64,000 nucleotides of DNA. It comes from Alphaproteobacteria bacterium (GTDB lineage Bacteria > Pseudomonadota > Alphaproteobacteria > UBA828). The stretch is taken from assembly GCA_965237415.1 (NCBI GenBank), contig CBDEFM010000002.1:3456001-3520000 (forward strand), written 5' to 3'. How positions within the stretch are numbered: the stretch's first letter is position 1; every line of letters starts with the position of its first letter. A program made the position numbers and the translations under genes. The notes beneath the pieces are model-generated. The model was not told where the DNA came from, made no database searches, and saw nothing but the letters and a program-made list of their open reading frames with translations. Of the stretch, positions 48,201 to 56,995 are shown piece by piece.

Positions 48201-48416
48201 TTACCGGCAGGAACCGCAGAGTCGGTTACCCGGCCCCGCACTATCGAAGAGGCGGCCGCAGCGGAGGCAGCGGCGCTGACTCTCCTGCGCCTCCAGGCGA
48301 TCGAGCTCCGCGAGTTCGTCGGAGAGCGAGATCATCCCCGGTCCGCGATCCACATTCCTGGCGGCTTCACGCCGCGCATCCCATTTGGTCCGTCGTTGAG
48401 GCGCGAGCGACATCAT
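48201..48416 (-). CDS. Small C4 zinc-ribbon-like protein
   Basis: C-terminal RRCLRCGRLFDSAGPGNRLCGSC (CxxC...CxxC); start inferred at ATG 48416. Confidence 0.7.
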   Translation of the reverse strand: MMSLAPQRRTKWDARREAARNVDRGPGMISLSDELAELDRLEAQESQRRCLRCGRLFDSAGPGNRLCGSCR

Positions 48417-48546
48417 TTGGCGCGAATTCCCTGGTGAAGTCGTCTGGTGAGCGTCCGGTAGGACCATTGTACCGAATCGCGGGGCCTGATCTAAGCCAAA
48501 TCTTCATACCGACAGCCAAAATTCAGTACGAAATCGCCTCCCGGGG

Positions 48547-49626
48547 CTATTCGGCCGCCTCGGTGCTGCCTGCAGGCGTACTAAAGGCCGGCATGACGGT
48601 CTCGGCGAAAAGCCGCAGGCTCTTCAGCAGGTTCGCCTCGCCGTAATAGGGTGGGTAATGGAGCAGCAGAGAGTCAAGGCCGGTGGCGGCGCGCAGCGCC
48701 CTGATGCGGGCGATTACGGTGTCGGGCGACCCGTGGATCAGGGTGCTCTCCAGCAGCGTGTCGTAGTCGAACGCCGCGGCGCTTTCCTTCTCCGAGACGT
48801 TGCCGAGATAGCCCGCGGTCTTCTTGCCCAGGAACGCTTCGAGGTGGCGGATGATGCCGGCCTCGCTCTCCTCCCTGGCCGCCGCATCGGTCTCGGCCAC
48901 ATAGACCCAGCGGGCGATGTTGATGGAGCCGAAGGCGGGGTTGGCATTCCACGGCGCCGGCGCGTGCGCCATTGCCTCGCGGTAAAGGGCGATCTGCCCG
49001 GCAAGGGTGTCGAACGAGGGCAGCGTGGAGAGCATCAGGCCGAACCCATGGCGAGCCGCGATCCCGATCGAGCGGTTCGTGCCCGCCGCCATGTAGAACG
49101 GCGGATGCGGCTCCTGCACGCTCGCGGGATAGATCTCGTAGTCGCCCTCGATCCGATGCTGAAAGTGGGTGCCCTCGTGGTTCGCCTTGCGCGTATGGAA
49201 GGCGTCGAGGATCAACGGGATGGCCTCTTCCTGGATGTCGTGGCGGGCGTCGAACGGAATCCCGAAGCCCTCGTACTCGTAGGGCCGGTAGCCGGAGCCG
49301 AGGCCGAGGCTCAGCCGCCCTTCGCTCAGGATGTCGACGAAGGCCGCGTTTTCGACGATTCGCATCGGGTTGTGGAGCGGGAGCGTCATCACCGCCGTGC
49401 CGAGCCCGATACGGGTGGTCTTGGGCGCCAAATACGCCAGATAGACGAAGGGGTCCGGCAGCACGCCGTATTGGTTGGAAAAGTGGTGCTCCGCGATCCA
49501 GGCCGTGTCGTAGCCGAGCCGATCCGCCTCCACGATCTCCCGCGTGACCCGTGCGTGCACGGCGCGGTGCGGATAGGGCTCCACGTCGAGATTGGGCTGC
49601 GAAGTCACCAGAACGCCAAACTGCAT
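48547..49626 (-). CDS. LLM-class flavin-dependent oxidoreductase (LuxA-like)
   Basis: GYDTAWIAEHHF, LPLHNPMRIVE, GRLSLGLGSGYRPYEYEGFG. Confidence 0.9.
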   Translation of the reverse strand: MQFGVLVTSQPNLDVEPYPHRAVHARVTREIVEADRLGYDTAWIAEHHFSNQYGVLPDPFVYLAYLAPKTTRIGLGTAVMTLPLHNPMRIVENAAFVDILSEGRLSLGLGSGYRPYEYEGFGIPFDARHDIQEEAIPLILDAFHTRKANHEGTHFQHRIEGDYEIYPASVQEPHPPFYMAAGTNRSIGIAARHGFGLMLSTLPSFDTLAGQIALYREAMAHAPAPWNANPAFGSINIARWVYVAETDAAAREESEAGIIRHLEAFLGKKTAGYLGNVSEKESAAAFDYDTLLESTLIHGSPDTVIARIRALRAATGLDSLLLHYPPYYGEANLLKSLRLFAETVMPAFSTPAGSTEAAE

Positions 49627-49664
49627 CGTATCCCTCGCCGGTTGCCTGCCCCGCTCGCGTGGGT

Positions 49665-49904
49665 TCACGCCAGGGCGGCGGCTAGTTGTCCCCGATAGAT
49701 CTCCCACTCGCCGTCCTCGCCGGTGAGCAGGCCTTCGCCCTCCGGAATTTCGTCCGGCGAGGTCTTCCACTTGCTCGGGTGGAGCGGCTCGCCGCAGGCC
49801 GAAAGCCAAAGAACAGACGCGGCGGCCAGGACCGGGCCGAGCAACGCACAGGCGCGGCAAAGGCGTACGACCGCCCGCGACAGAGGACGCAAACTCGTCA
49901 TCAT
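49665..49904 (-). CDS. Small hypothetical lipoprotein
   Basis: Signal peptide with lipobox WLSAC; acidic tail EIPEGEGLLTGEDGEWEIY; 6 bp downstream of mlaC. Confidence 0.7.
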   Translation of the reverse strand: MMTSLRPLSRAVVRLCRACALLGPVLAAASVLWLSACGEPLHPSKWKTSPDEIPEGEGLLTGEDGEWEIYRGQLAAALA

Positions 49905-49910
49905 GCCGGG

Positions 49911-50552
49911 CTATTCGGTCTCGGAGTCTACCGGCGCCTCGACGCGCGCCCGGAGGTCGCTCAGCAACCCGTCGATGCCCTTGCGGTTGACAACCGAGGC
50001 GAACTCGACCCGGTGGGTGTGTAGCATGCTGATCCCTTCGACGGTCACGTCGATGACCTTGTAGCCCTCGTCCCGCATTCGTACGCGGAAATCGACTGCG
50101 ATCGGATCGCCGCCTGAAGGCCGCACGATCTGCGCGCGCACGATCTTGTCGCCGCTCTCGTCATCGATCACCGAGCGCGCCGTGAACAGTTCGCCGCCAT
50201 AGGAATCGAACCGGCTGGCATACACGCGGACGATGAAGTCGACGAAGACCGCCATATAGTCCTTGCGCTGCTCCTTGCTCGCCGTCCTCCAGTGCCGCCC
50301 GAGCACGAAGCGGCCCATGATCGGAATGTCGAAGCCCCTCACCATGACTTCGCGGAACGCGGCCTCCCGCTCCTCGAAGCTGCTGTTGACGTTGTCGCGG
50401 AGGGCTTCCACGGCCTGGTCGCCGAGACTCTGGATGAACGTCAGCGCCGGGTCGTCGCCTGAACGGGCCTGCGGCCCGTTGGTCGCCGAGAGCAAGACGG
50501 CCAATCCGATGACGGCGGCCATGAAGATGCGTCTGGAGATGAGAATGTTCAT
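49911..50552 (-). CDS. mlaC: MlaC/Ttg2D phospholipid-binding periplasmic protein
   Basis: FD...GRFVLGRHW, VDFRV, KVIDVTVEGIS....RVEF. Confidence 0.9.
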   Translation of the reverse strand: MNILISRRIFMAAVIGLAVLLSATNGPQARSGDDPALTFIQSLGDQAVEALRDNVNSSFEEREAAFREVMVRGFDIPIMGRFVLGRHWRTASKEQRKDYMAVFVDFIVRVYASRFDSYGGELFTARSVIDDESGDKIVRAQIVRPSGGDPIAVDFRVRMRDEGYKVIDVTVEGISMLHTHRVEFASVVNRKGIDGLLSDLRARVEAPVDSETE

Positions 50553-50595
50553 GGGACCTCAGCTCTGCCTCATCCGGGGGGCGCCGAGCGGCGGG

Positions 50596-51405
50596 CTATT
50601 CCTCGAACCACTCATCATCGAAATCCTCGTCGAAGTCGAAGTCAGGAATCTCCATGACTGTCGGAGGCGCACCGTCCCTGATCTCCGTCGCGCGATACTG
50701 CCGGTAGAGTTCGCGCAATGCAGCATAAAAGTCGACCGAGGTTCTTTCCACTGATTCCAATTCGTCCAGATACGCGGCGCGCTGCGAGACACCGCTCGTG
50801 ATGCTGCGGGCCAAGCCGGCTTCGTCCGTCAGGAGAAAGCCCATGGGATCCGTCACCAATTCGACGCCGAAGCCGACCGCGTCGCGCGGATTGGACGGGC
50901 CCAGCAGCGGCAGCATGAGGAACGGCCCCTCGCCGAGGCCCCAGGACGCGAGAGTCTGCCCGAAGTCCTCAGGTGTGCGCTCGTAACCCCAGTCCGTGGC
51001 CGCATCGAAGATGCCCCCCACGCCGATGGTGGAGTTGATCGCAAAGCGCGTGAGTGTCGAGCCGGCTCGTTCAAACTTGCCCTGGGCCAGATTATTCACA
51101 AGGTTGAGCGGCTCGCCGAGATTCTTCAGGATGTTTGCGATGCGGTGGCGCGCCTCCTCCGGCAGCACGAACACGTAGAGTTCGGCCACCGGCTTCAGGA
51201 TGATGCTGTCGATCACCTGGTTGAATTCGAACACCGCCCGGTTGACGTCCTCGAGCGGGTCGTTGACGTCGTACGCGTCTTGGGCCCGGCCGTCGGCGGC
51301 GAAGCTGAGCAGCGCAGCGGCGAGAAACACGAGCGCCAAGTGACGCCGCAAGGCGGCAATGGCGCCTCCCGGCCGCGGCCACCCTAAGCGCCTGCGCCGC
51401 GCCAG
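50596..51405 (-). CDS. mlaA: MlaA/VacJ family protein (start codon uncertain, no in-frame ATG nearby)
   Basis: DPLE.VNRA.F.FN, RFAINSTIGVGG, EDFGQTL, LPLLGPSNPRD, D.YAALR..Y.Q.R. Confidence 0.88.
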   Translation of the reverse strand: MARRRRLGWPRPGGAIAALRRHLALVFLAAALLSFAADGRAQDAYDVNDPLEDVNRAVFEFNQVIDSIILKPVAELYVFVLPEEARHRIANILKNLGEPLNLVNNLAQGKFERAGSTLTRFAINSTIGVGGIFDAATDWGYERTPEDFGQTLASWGLGEGPFLMLPLLGPSNPRDAVGFGVELVTDPMGFLLTDEAGLARSITSGVSQRAAYLDELESVERTSVDFYAALRELYRQYRATEIRDGAPPTVMEIPDFDFDEDFDDEWFEE

Positions 51406-51425
51406 GCTCTCCCATATGCCAGGCG

Positions 51426-53453
51426 TTAGTCGTCCTCCTTCGCAGCGGCGAGCACATCGTCGGCGAGCCGCCCGGTGAGCTCCTGAAGGCGATCGAACTG
51501 CGATTCGAAGGTGCCGACGCCTAGGGTGATCGAGCGGAGCTCGATGATCAGATCGTGCATTTCGGCCTGGGGCATCTGGCTGGTGATCTCGTCCCACCCG
51601 GACCAGTCCTCGCGCGCCCGGTAGCCGAGCACCTGGGCGCGCCGGCCCGTCACCAGCCGCTGGACGTTCGGCGTGAACTCGCTCGGCACCGAAATCTTGA
51701 CCTCGTAGATGGGCTCCAGCAGCACCGGGTTGCACTTGGGCAGCGCCTCGGCCATCGCCATGCGGCCGGCGGTCTTGAAGGCCATCTCCGAGCTGTCCAC
51801 CGAGTGGTGCTTGCCGTCGGTCAGCGTCACGGAGACGTCGACGACCGGGAAGCCGAGCGGCCCGCTGGTGAGGAATTCGCGCACGCCAGCTTCAACCGCG
51901 GGAATGTACTGGCGTGGCACGGAGCCGCCGACGACCTTTCCCTGGAACTCGAAGCCGCTACCGCGCGGCAACGGCTTAACCTCGATATGCACGTCGCCGA
52001 ACTGGCCGTGGCCGCCAGTCTGTTTCTTGAAGCGCGCGTGCTGGGCGACCGGCTTCCGGATTGCTTCCTTGTAAGCGACCTTGGGCTTCTCGGTCTGCAT
52101 GGTGAGCCCGTACTTGCCGGCCAGCCGGTCGAGCGCGACCTTCAAGTGCATCTCGCCCTGGCCCCAGAGCACCGCTTCCTGGGTGTCGGGATTGGGCGCG
52201 AAGCTCAACGACGGGTCCTCCTGGGCGAGGCGGCTCATCGCGCCCGACACCTTGACCTCGTCCTCGCGCCGGCTCGCCCGCACGGCATAGGCATAGACCG
52301 ACGAGGGTAGCTCCGCGCGCGGGAGCGGCTCTATCTCGGGCCCGTCGGCGGGAGCGACGGTATCGCCGGTGGCGATGGATTCGAGCCGCCCGAGACCGAC
52401 GATCTCGCCGGCTCCCGCCTTGTCGATCTTGTTCTGCTGCTGGCCCTGCATGCGGTACATCCCGCCGATACGCTGTCCGTCGTTCAGAACCATGCCGTCT
52501 TCGATGGTCCCTGCCCATACGCGCGCGAGCGAGACCTTGCCGCCATGCTGGGTGATGTAAGTCTTGACGATCTGCCCGACCGTGGCGCCGTCGGCGCCCG
52601 CCGGCAGTCGCCGTGCTGCGAGAGCGTCGCCGGGTGCGAAGTCGATCAACGATTCCAGCAGGCGGCGGACGCCCCAATCCCGCTCGGCCGAGCCCATCAG
52701 CACCGGCACCACACTCGCATCAGCGAGCACGCCGCGCAGATAGGCCTGAATCTCTTCGGGCTTGGGAATCTCGTCTTCGAGCAGGCTCTCCAGGAGGGTA
52801 TCGTCGAAGTCCGCCAGGCTCTCGAGGAGTTGCGTCCGCGCGTCCTCCCGGCGCTCCGAGACCGTTTCGGGCGCGTCGACTCCGACGGCGCCTTCCTGGT
52901 CGCGGTATTCGTAGGCCTTGCCGGTGATCAGATCGACGTAACCCGAGACGTTGTCGCCATCGCGGATCGCAACCTGGCAGGGCACCAGGGGACGGTCGCT
53001 GACCGGCTGCATCGCCTCGATCAGTTCGGCGATCCGGATCGCCGTCTCGTCCATCCTGTTGGTGAACAGGAGGTGAGGAATATCGTGCTGCGCCAAGAAA
53101 TTGAGCAGCCGCCCCATGGTCCAGACCCGATTCAGATCCGGGGAGCAGACGATGACGGCGAGATCGACACCCATGAGCGCATTGGCGGTCTCGGCGAAGA
53201 ACTCGATCGATCCCGGACAATCCAGGACCGTGAAAAGGTGGTCCCGATACGAGAACGAGGCGGCGTTGACCTCCACGCTCGACTGGCGCGCCCGTGCCTC
53301 GTCGGACCAGTCGCCCACCGTGTTCCCGTCCGTGACCTTGCCCTTGCGGCCAATCGTCTCGGACACGAACAACATGCTTTCGAGGAGTGTGGTCTTGCCG
53401 CTCGTATAGGGGCCGACAAGCGCAATGTTCAGCGCCCCGGTCGAATCGCTCAT
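51426..53453 (-). CDS. Elongation factor G-like protein (EF-G II-type paralog)
   Basis: GPYTSGKT, DCPGS, NRMD, GQGEMHL, KKQTGGHGQF, VDSSEMAF, LLEP. Confidence 0.92.
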   Translation of the reverse strand: MSDSTGALNIALVGPYTSGKTTLLESMLFVSETIGRKGKVTDGNTVGDWSDEARARQSSVEVNAASFSYRDHLFTVLDCPGSIEFFAETANALMGVDLAVIVCSPDLNRVWTMGRLLNFLAQHDIPHLLFTNRMDETAIRIAELIEAMQPVSDRPLVPCQVAIRDGDNVSGYVDLITGKAYEYRDQEGAVGVDAPETVSERREDARTQLLESLADFDDTLLESLLEDEIPKPEEIQAYLRGVLADASVVPVLMGSAERDWGVRRLLESLIDFAPGDALAARRLPAGADGATVGQIVKTYITQHGGKVSLARVWAGTIEDGMVLNDGQRIGGMYRMQGQQQNKIDKAGAGEIVGLGRLESIATGDTVAPADGPEIEPLPRAELPSSVYAYAVRASRREDEVKVSGAMSRLAQEDPSLSFAPNPDTQEAVLWGQGEMHLKVALDRLAGKYGLTMQTEKPKVAYKEAIRKPVAQHARFKKQTGGHGQFGDVHIEVKPLPRGSGFEFQGKVVGGSVPRQYIPAVEAGVREFLTSGPLGFPVVDVSVTLTDGKHHSVDSSEMAFKTAGRMAMAEALPKCNPVLLEPIYEVKISVPSEFTPNVQRLVTGRRAQVLGYRAREDWSGWDEITSQMPQAEMHDLIIELRSITLGVGTFESQFDRLQELTGRLADDVLAAAKEDD

Positions 53454-53653
53454 GCTATCTCCCTTTACCCAGAGCCGCGCCGGCGGGCTTCGCCCCGCGG
53501 TCACGGGGCCGGCATGTTTCCAGCGCCTAGGCCGGATTGCAACAGCGATTACTGCCAAACCGGCGACATGCCAAGCCTCGAACCGCCCAGTCTGGCGCAG
53601 GTTGGGTGGGGCGGCTATGGTGCCTGGGGACAGGATTCAGAGGCGCGCGTCGG

Positions 53654-54400
53654 TTGAGCATCTGGGGCAAGGTGATCGGGGGCGCCGCGGGTTTCGCGCT
53701 CGGCGGCCCCATCGGCGCGATCCTGGGCGTGGCGGCCGGCCACTTCGTGGACCGCATGGCCGGCGGCGGCCGCCGTGTCCGGCGCATCGGCGCAGGGGAT
53801 CAGGAGACCAAGCAGGCTGCAGTCTCCATCGCCTTGGTCGTGCTCGCGGCCAAGATGGCGAAGGCGGACGGCCACGTCACCCGCGAGGAGATCAACGCGT
53901 TCAAGCGGGTCTTCCGCGTTCCCGACGCCCACGCCGCTGCGGTGGGGCGGATCTGGGACGAGGCTCGGCGCGAGGCGGAAGGCTTCGAGCCTTATGCTGA
54001 GCAAATCGTCCAAATCTTTCCGCACGACACCACGATGCGGGAAGAACTTCTGGGCGCGCTCTTCCAGATCGCCATGGCCGATGGCGAGTTGCACGACGGG
54101 GAACGCGCTTTTCTCACCCGTGTCGCCCAGATTTTCGGCTTCGATGAGCGCGGTTTCGCGCAGATCATGTCGCGCCACATGGGTGGCGGCGAGAGCGACC
54201 CCTACCAGGTGCTCGGCGTCGAGCCCGCCGCCTCGGACGAGCAGATCAAGCAGACCTACCGCAGACTCATCAGGGAACATCACCCCGACAAGCTCATCGC
54301 CGAGGGCATGCCGGAGGAGATGGTCCAGGTCGCGAACGAGCAGATGGCTGCGATCAACGCGGCCTACGACAGGATCGCCAAGCTTCGCGGGCTGCGCTGA
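53654..54400 (+). CDS. djlA: DjlA-like co-chaperone (TerB-like domain plus C-terminal J domain)
   Basis: TTG start, SIWGKVIGG, AKMAKADG.V, DPYQVLG, HHPDK, INAAYD. Confidence 0.9.
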   Translation: MSIWGKVIGGAAGFALGGPIGAILGVAAGHFVDRMAGGGRRVRRIGAGDQETKQAAVSIALVVLAAKMAKADGHVTREEINAFKRVFRVPDAHAAAVGRIWDEARREAEGFEPYAEQIVQIFPHDTTMREELLGALFQIAMADGELHDGERAFLTRVAQIFGFDERGFAQIMSRHMGGGESDPYQVLGVEPAASDEQIKQTYRRLIREHHPDKLIAEGMPEEMVQVANEQMAAINAAYDRIAKLRGLR

Positions 54401-54450
54401 CCGCGCGCTAACCGCGCCTTCGCCGCCCCTCCCGCCCCTCCCGCCGCTTC

Positions 54451-55323
54451 ATGCAGCCGAGTCACATCCCGATCGCGGTCGGCACGGCCCTGCTCTGGGG
54501 CTTCGGGTTCGTGACCAGCAAGTACGGCGCGGACCACATGCCGCCGCTGTTCTTTCTGGCGCTGCGCTTCACGCTGATGGCGCTGATGCTGGTCTGGTTC
54601 GTGCGCCCGCCCAGCGGCCGCTGGCTTGCCGTGAGCCTCTTCGCGCTGACCATGGGTGCCGGCCACTTCGGACTCTTCTACATCGCGCTAAGTATCGGCG
54701 TGGAGGCCTCGACCGCGGCGATCATCTGGATCACGCAGGTGCCGCTCAGCGCCCTGTTGGCGGGGCTTGTCCTGCACGAGCGCCCTGGCTGGCTGGCCAT
54801 CGTCGGCATCGCCATTGCCTTCGGCGGTGCCGTGGTGCTGGTGGGGGAACCACGCCATACCGGCAATGCGGTGGGTATCGGGCTCATGTTCGGCTCCAGC
54901 ATTGCGTGGGCCGTCGCCAACGTGCAGGTCAAGCGCCTCACCGATATTTCCCCGCTGGCATTGAATGCCTGGATGTCGGCGGTCTCCGCGCTGATCCTGT
55001 TCCCGCTTTCCTTCGCGCTGGAGGAGGGGCATCTCGCGAGCCTCCTGCAGCCCGATTGGCGCCTGCACGGCTCGCTTCTTTACCAAGTGTTCGGCTCGAC
55101 CCTGCTCGCCTATTGGGCCTGGTACTATCTGCTCGCGCACAACCGGGTGGCGACGGTTGCCGGCTTCATGCTGCTCGTGCCGGTTGTGGGCGTGATCTTC
55201 GGCCTCTTCATCCTGGGCGAGCCGCTCACCTGGCAGACGTTCGTGGGCGGTGCGATCATCGTCTCGGGCGTGGCCCTCATCGTGCTCCGGCGCAAGAGGG
55301 AGCCTGCTGTGAAGATCCGCTAA
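54451..55323 (+). CDS. EamA/DMT family transporter
   Basis: About 10 TM segments; LWGFGF, ALRF, LLVPV.G, LGEPL. Confidence 0.9.
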   Translation: MQPSHIPIAVGTALLWGFGFVTSKYGADHMPPLFFLALRFTLMALMLVWFVRPPSGRWLAVSLFALTMGAGHFGLFYIALSIGVEASTAAIIWITQVPLSALLAGLVLHERPGWLAIVGIAIAFGGAVVLVGEPRHTGNAVGIGLMFGSSIAWAVANVQVKRLTDISPLALNAWMSAVSALILFPLSFALEEGHLASLLQPDWRLHGSLLYQVFGSTLLAYWAWYYLLAHNRVATVAGFMLLVPVVGVIFGLFILGEPLTWQTFVGGAIIVSGVALIVLRRKREPAVKIR

Positions 55324-55373
55324 CACCACGTGCGGGCTACGATGTGCCGCGATAGGCGGAATCGGAGCAGAGC

Positions 55374-56144
55374 GTGACGAATGAGAGCGTCGCCGGGCAA
55401 GCGGCGATCGACTTGCCATCGCCCAATCGGGACGACCGGCCTGCGGACGCCGGCCCGGTCGACACGCTGGTTCTGCACTATACCGGCATGGTCTCGGCCG
55501 AGGCTGCGCTTGAGCGCCTGACCGCGCCCGAAGCCAAGGTCAGCGCGCACTGGTGCATCGGCGAGGACGGCACCCTCTGGCGGCTGGTGCCCGAGGAGCA
55601 ACGCGCCTGGCATGCGGGGCTCAGCGAATGGCGCGCCCGCCGCTCGATAAACGACGTCTCGATCGGTATCGAGCTGGTCAATCCCGGCCACGAGCATGGT
55701 TACCGCCCGTTCCCCCCTGCCCAGATGGATGCCTTGCTTGACCTTGCTCGCGCGATCGTCGAGCGGCACGCCATCGACCCCTGCAACGTGGTGGCGCATT
55801 CCGACATTGCGCCCGAGCGTCGGCAGGATCCCGGCGAGCTCTTCGACTGGGCGCGCCTCGCCGAGGCGGGCATCGGTCTCTGGCCGGAGAGCGTCCCCGA
55901 GCCTGTGGGGGAGGGCCGTGCACTGCGCCAGGGCAATCGTGGCGCTGCCGTCCGGCGGCGACAGGAGCGGCTGCGCGCGGTCGGCTACGGGCTGGCAACC
56001 GACGCCGACTTCGGCACTTCTACGGCGGCCGTCGTGCGCGCCTTTCAGCGGCATTTCCGTCAGGCGCGCGTTGATGGGGTCATCGATGCCGGCACGGACG
56101 CCGTGCTCGACCGGATATGTGCGCTTGCTGCCACGGCAAGTTGA
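55374..56144 (+). CDS. N-acetylmuramoyl-L-alanine amidase (AmpD/AmiD, Amidase_2) with peptidoglycan-binding domain
   Basis: SPN, VLHYTGM, VSAHW, RAWHAG, SIGIE, HSDIAP..QDPG, AFQRHFR. Confidence 0.93.
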   Translation: MTNESVAGQAAIDLPSPNRDDRPADAGPVDTLVLHYTGMVSAEAALERLTAPEAKVSAHWCIGEDGTLWRLVPEEQRAWHAGLSEWRARRSINDVSIGIELVNPGHEHGYRPFPPAQMDALLDLARAIVERHAIDPCNVVAHSDIAPERRQDPGELFDWARLAEAGIGLWPESVPEPVGEGRALRQGNRGAAVRRRQERLRAVGYGLATDADFGTSTAAVVRAFQRHFRQARVDGVIDAGTDAVLDRICALAATAS

Positions 56145-56186
56145 GAGTGGCTTGACCGAGTCCGAGCGCAGGCGTAGTCAGGATCG

Positions 56187-56588
56187 GCCAGACGGCCGGA
56201 TGGCCGCCGTCGCCGCCTGAGGCGCGCGGCGGAGGAAAGTCCGGGCTCCACGGAAGCACGGAGCCGGGTAACACCCGGCGGGGGCGACCCCAGGGAAAGT
56301 GCCACAGAGAGCAGACCGCTCGCTCAGGGTCGCAAGGCCGGCGAGCACGGGTGAAAGGGTGCGGTAAGAGCGCACCGCGCACCCGGCAACGGGTGCGGCA
56401 TGGCAAACCCCTCCGGGAGCAAGACCAAGTAGGGGCGGCGCGGGGCGGTCGCAGGATCGCACCAAGTCGGTTTCCGGACCTGCCGCCCGGGTCGGTCGCG
56501 CGAGGCGTCCGGTGACGGGCGTCCCAGATGAATGGCCATCGCGTGGGCGGACGCCCACGGACAGAACCCGGCTTACAGGCCGTCTGGC
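56187..56588 (+). ncRNA. rnpB: RNase P RNA, class A
   Basis: GAGGAAAGTCCGGGCTCC, GGAAAGTGCCACAGA, GGGTGCGGTAAGAGCGCACCG, ACAGAACCCGGCTTA; P1 pairing GCCAGACGGCC / GGCCGTCTGGC. Confidence 0.97.
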
Positions 56589-56629
56589 ACCTGTCCCCGC
56601 CTGCGTCCCAGGAACGACCATCTCAAGAT

Positions 56630-56653
56630 GTTGAGGGGAGATGATCCCTCAAC
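56630..56653 (+). terminator. Hairpin downstream of rnpB, possible terminator
   Basis: GTTGAGGG-gagatgat-CCCTCAAC followed by an AT-rich tract. Confidence 0.4.
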
Positions 56654-56713
56654 CGCAATATATTCCGATATCGATATGGACTCCCCGTAGCCGCCGCCAG
56701 TAACGGGCAAAGA

Positions 56714-56728
56714 GAACATTTGCGGAAC
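56714..56728. promoter_or_regulatory. Alphaproteobacterial LexA (SOS) box
   Basis: GAAC-atttgcg-GAAC is an exact GAAC-N7-GAAC in AT-rich intergenic DNA, followed by -10-like TATAGT. Confidence 0.6.
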
Positions 56729-56876
56729 ATATAGTTGATCTCCGCCGGGACTATGTCCGCACCGGCTGTGACTGGCGTTCTAATCATCCTCTCCGATCTC
56801 GCTCCGCCATGAGTTTCGAGTCGTCGGATCGCTGCACTTGCGCGACCGCCTGAACACTTGAATTTTTGTCTTGCGA

Positions 56877-56943
56877 CCATCATGTCCCATGAAGTACCAT
56901 GCTATCCCATGAAAGCCCGGGATGAGTCCGGGAACAGATTGGA
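56877..56943. promoter_or_regulatory. Putative MraZ operator (10-bp-phased repeats)
   Basis: CCAT at 56877, 56887, 56897, 56907 (TGGGA/TGGTA-like on minus strand), then CGGGA/CGGGA/TTGGA at 56918, 56929, 56939. Confidence 0.7.
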
Positions 56944-56995
56944 GCGGTTACGAGCGACGGCACGGCGATCAGGGCTCGCGCCCAAGGAGCAAGCG

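Noticed and set aside
54410-54450. CCCGCCCCT tandem repeat upstream of the EamA gene
   Set aside because: Only about two units; unremarkable at this GC content
56623-56883. 86-aa minus-strand ORF between rnpB and mraZ
   Set aside because: No motifs or clear RBS, and it runs through the LexA-like box and promoter DNA
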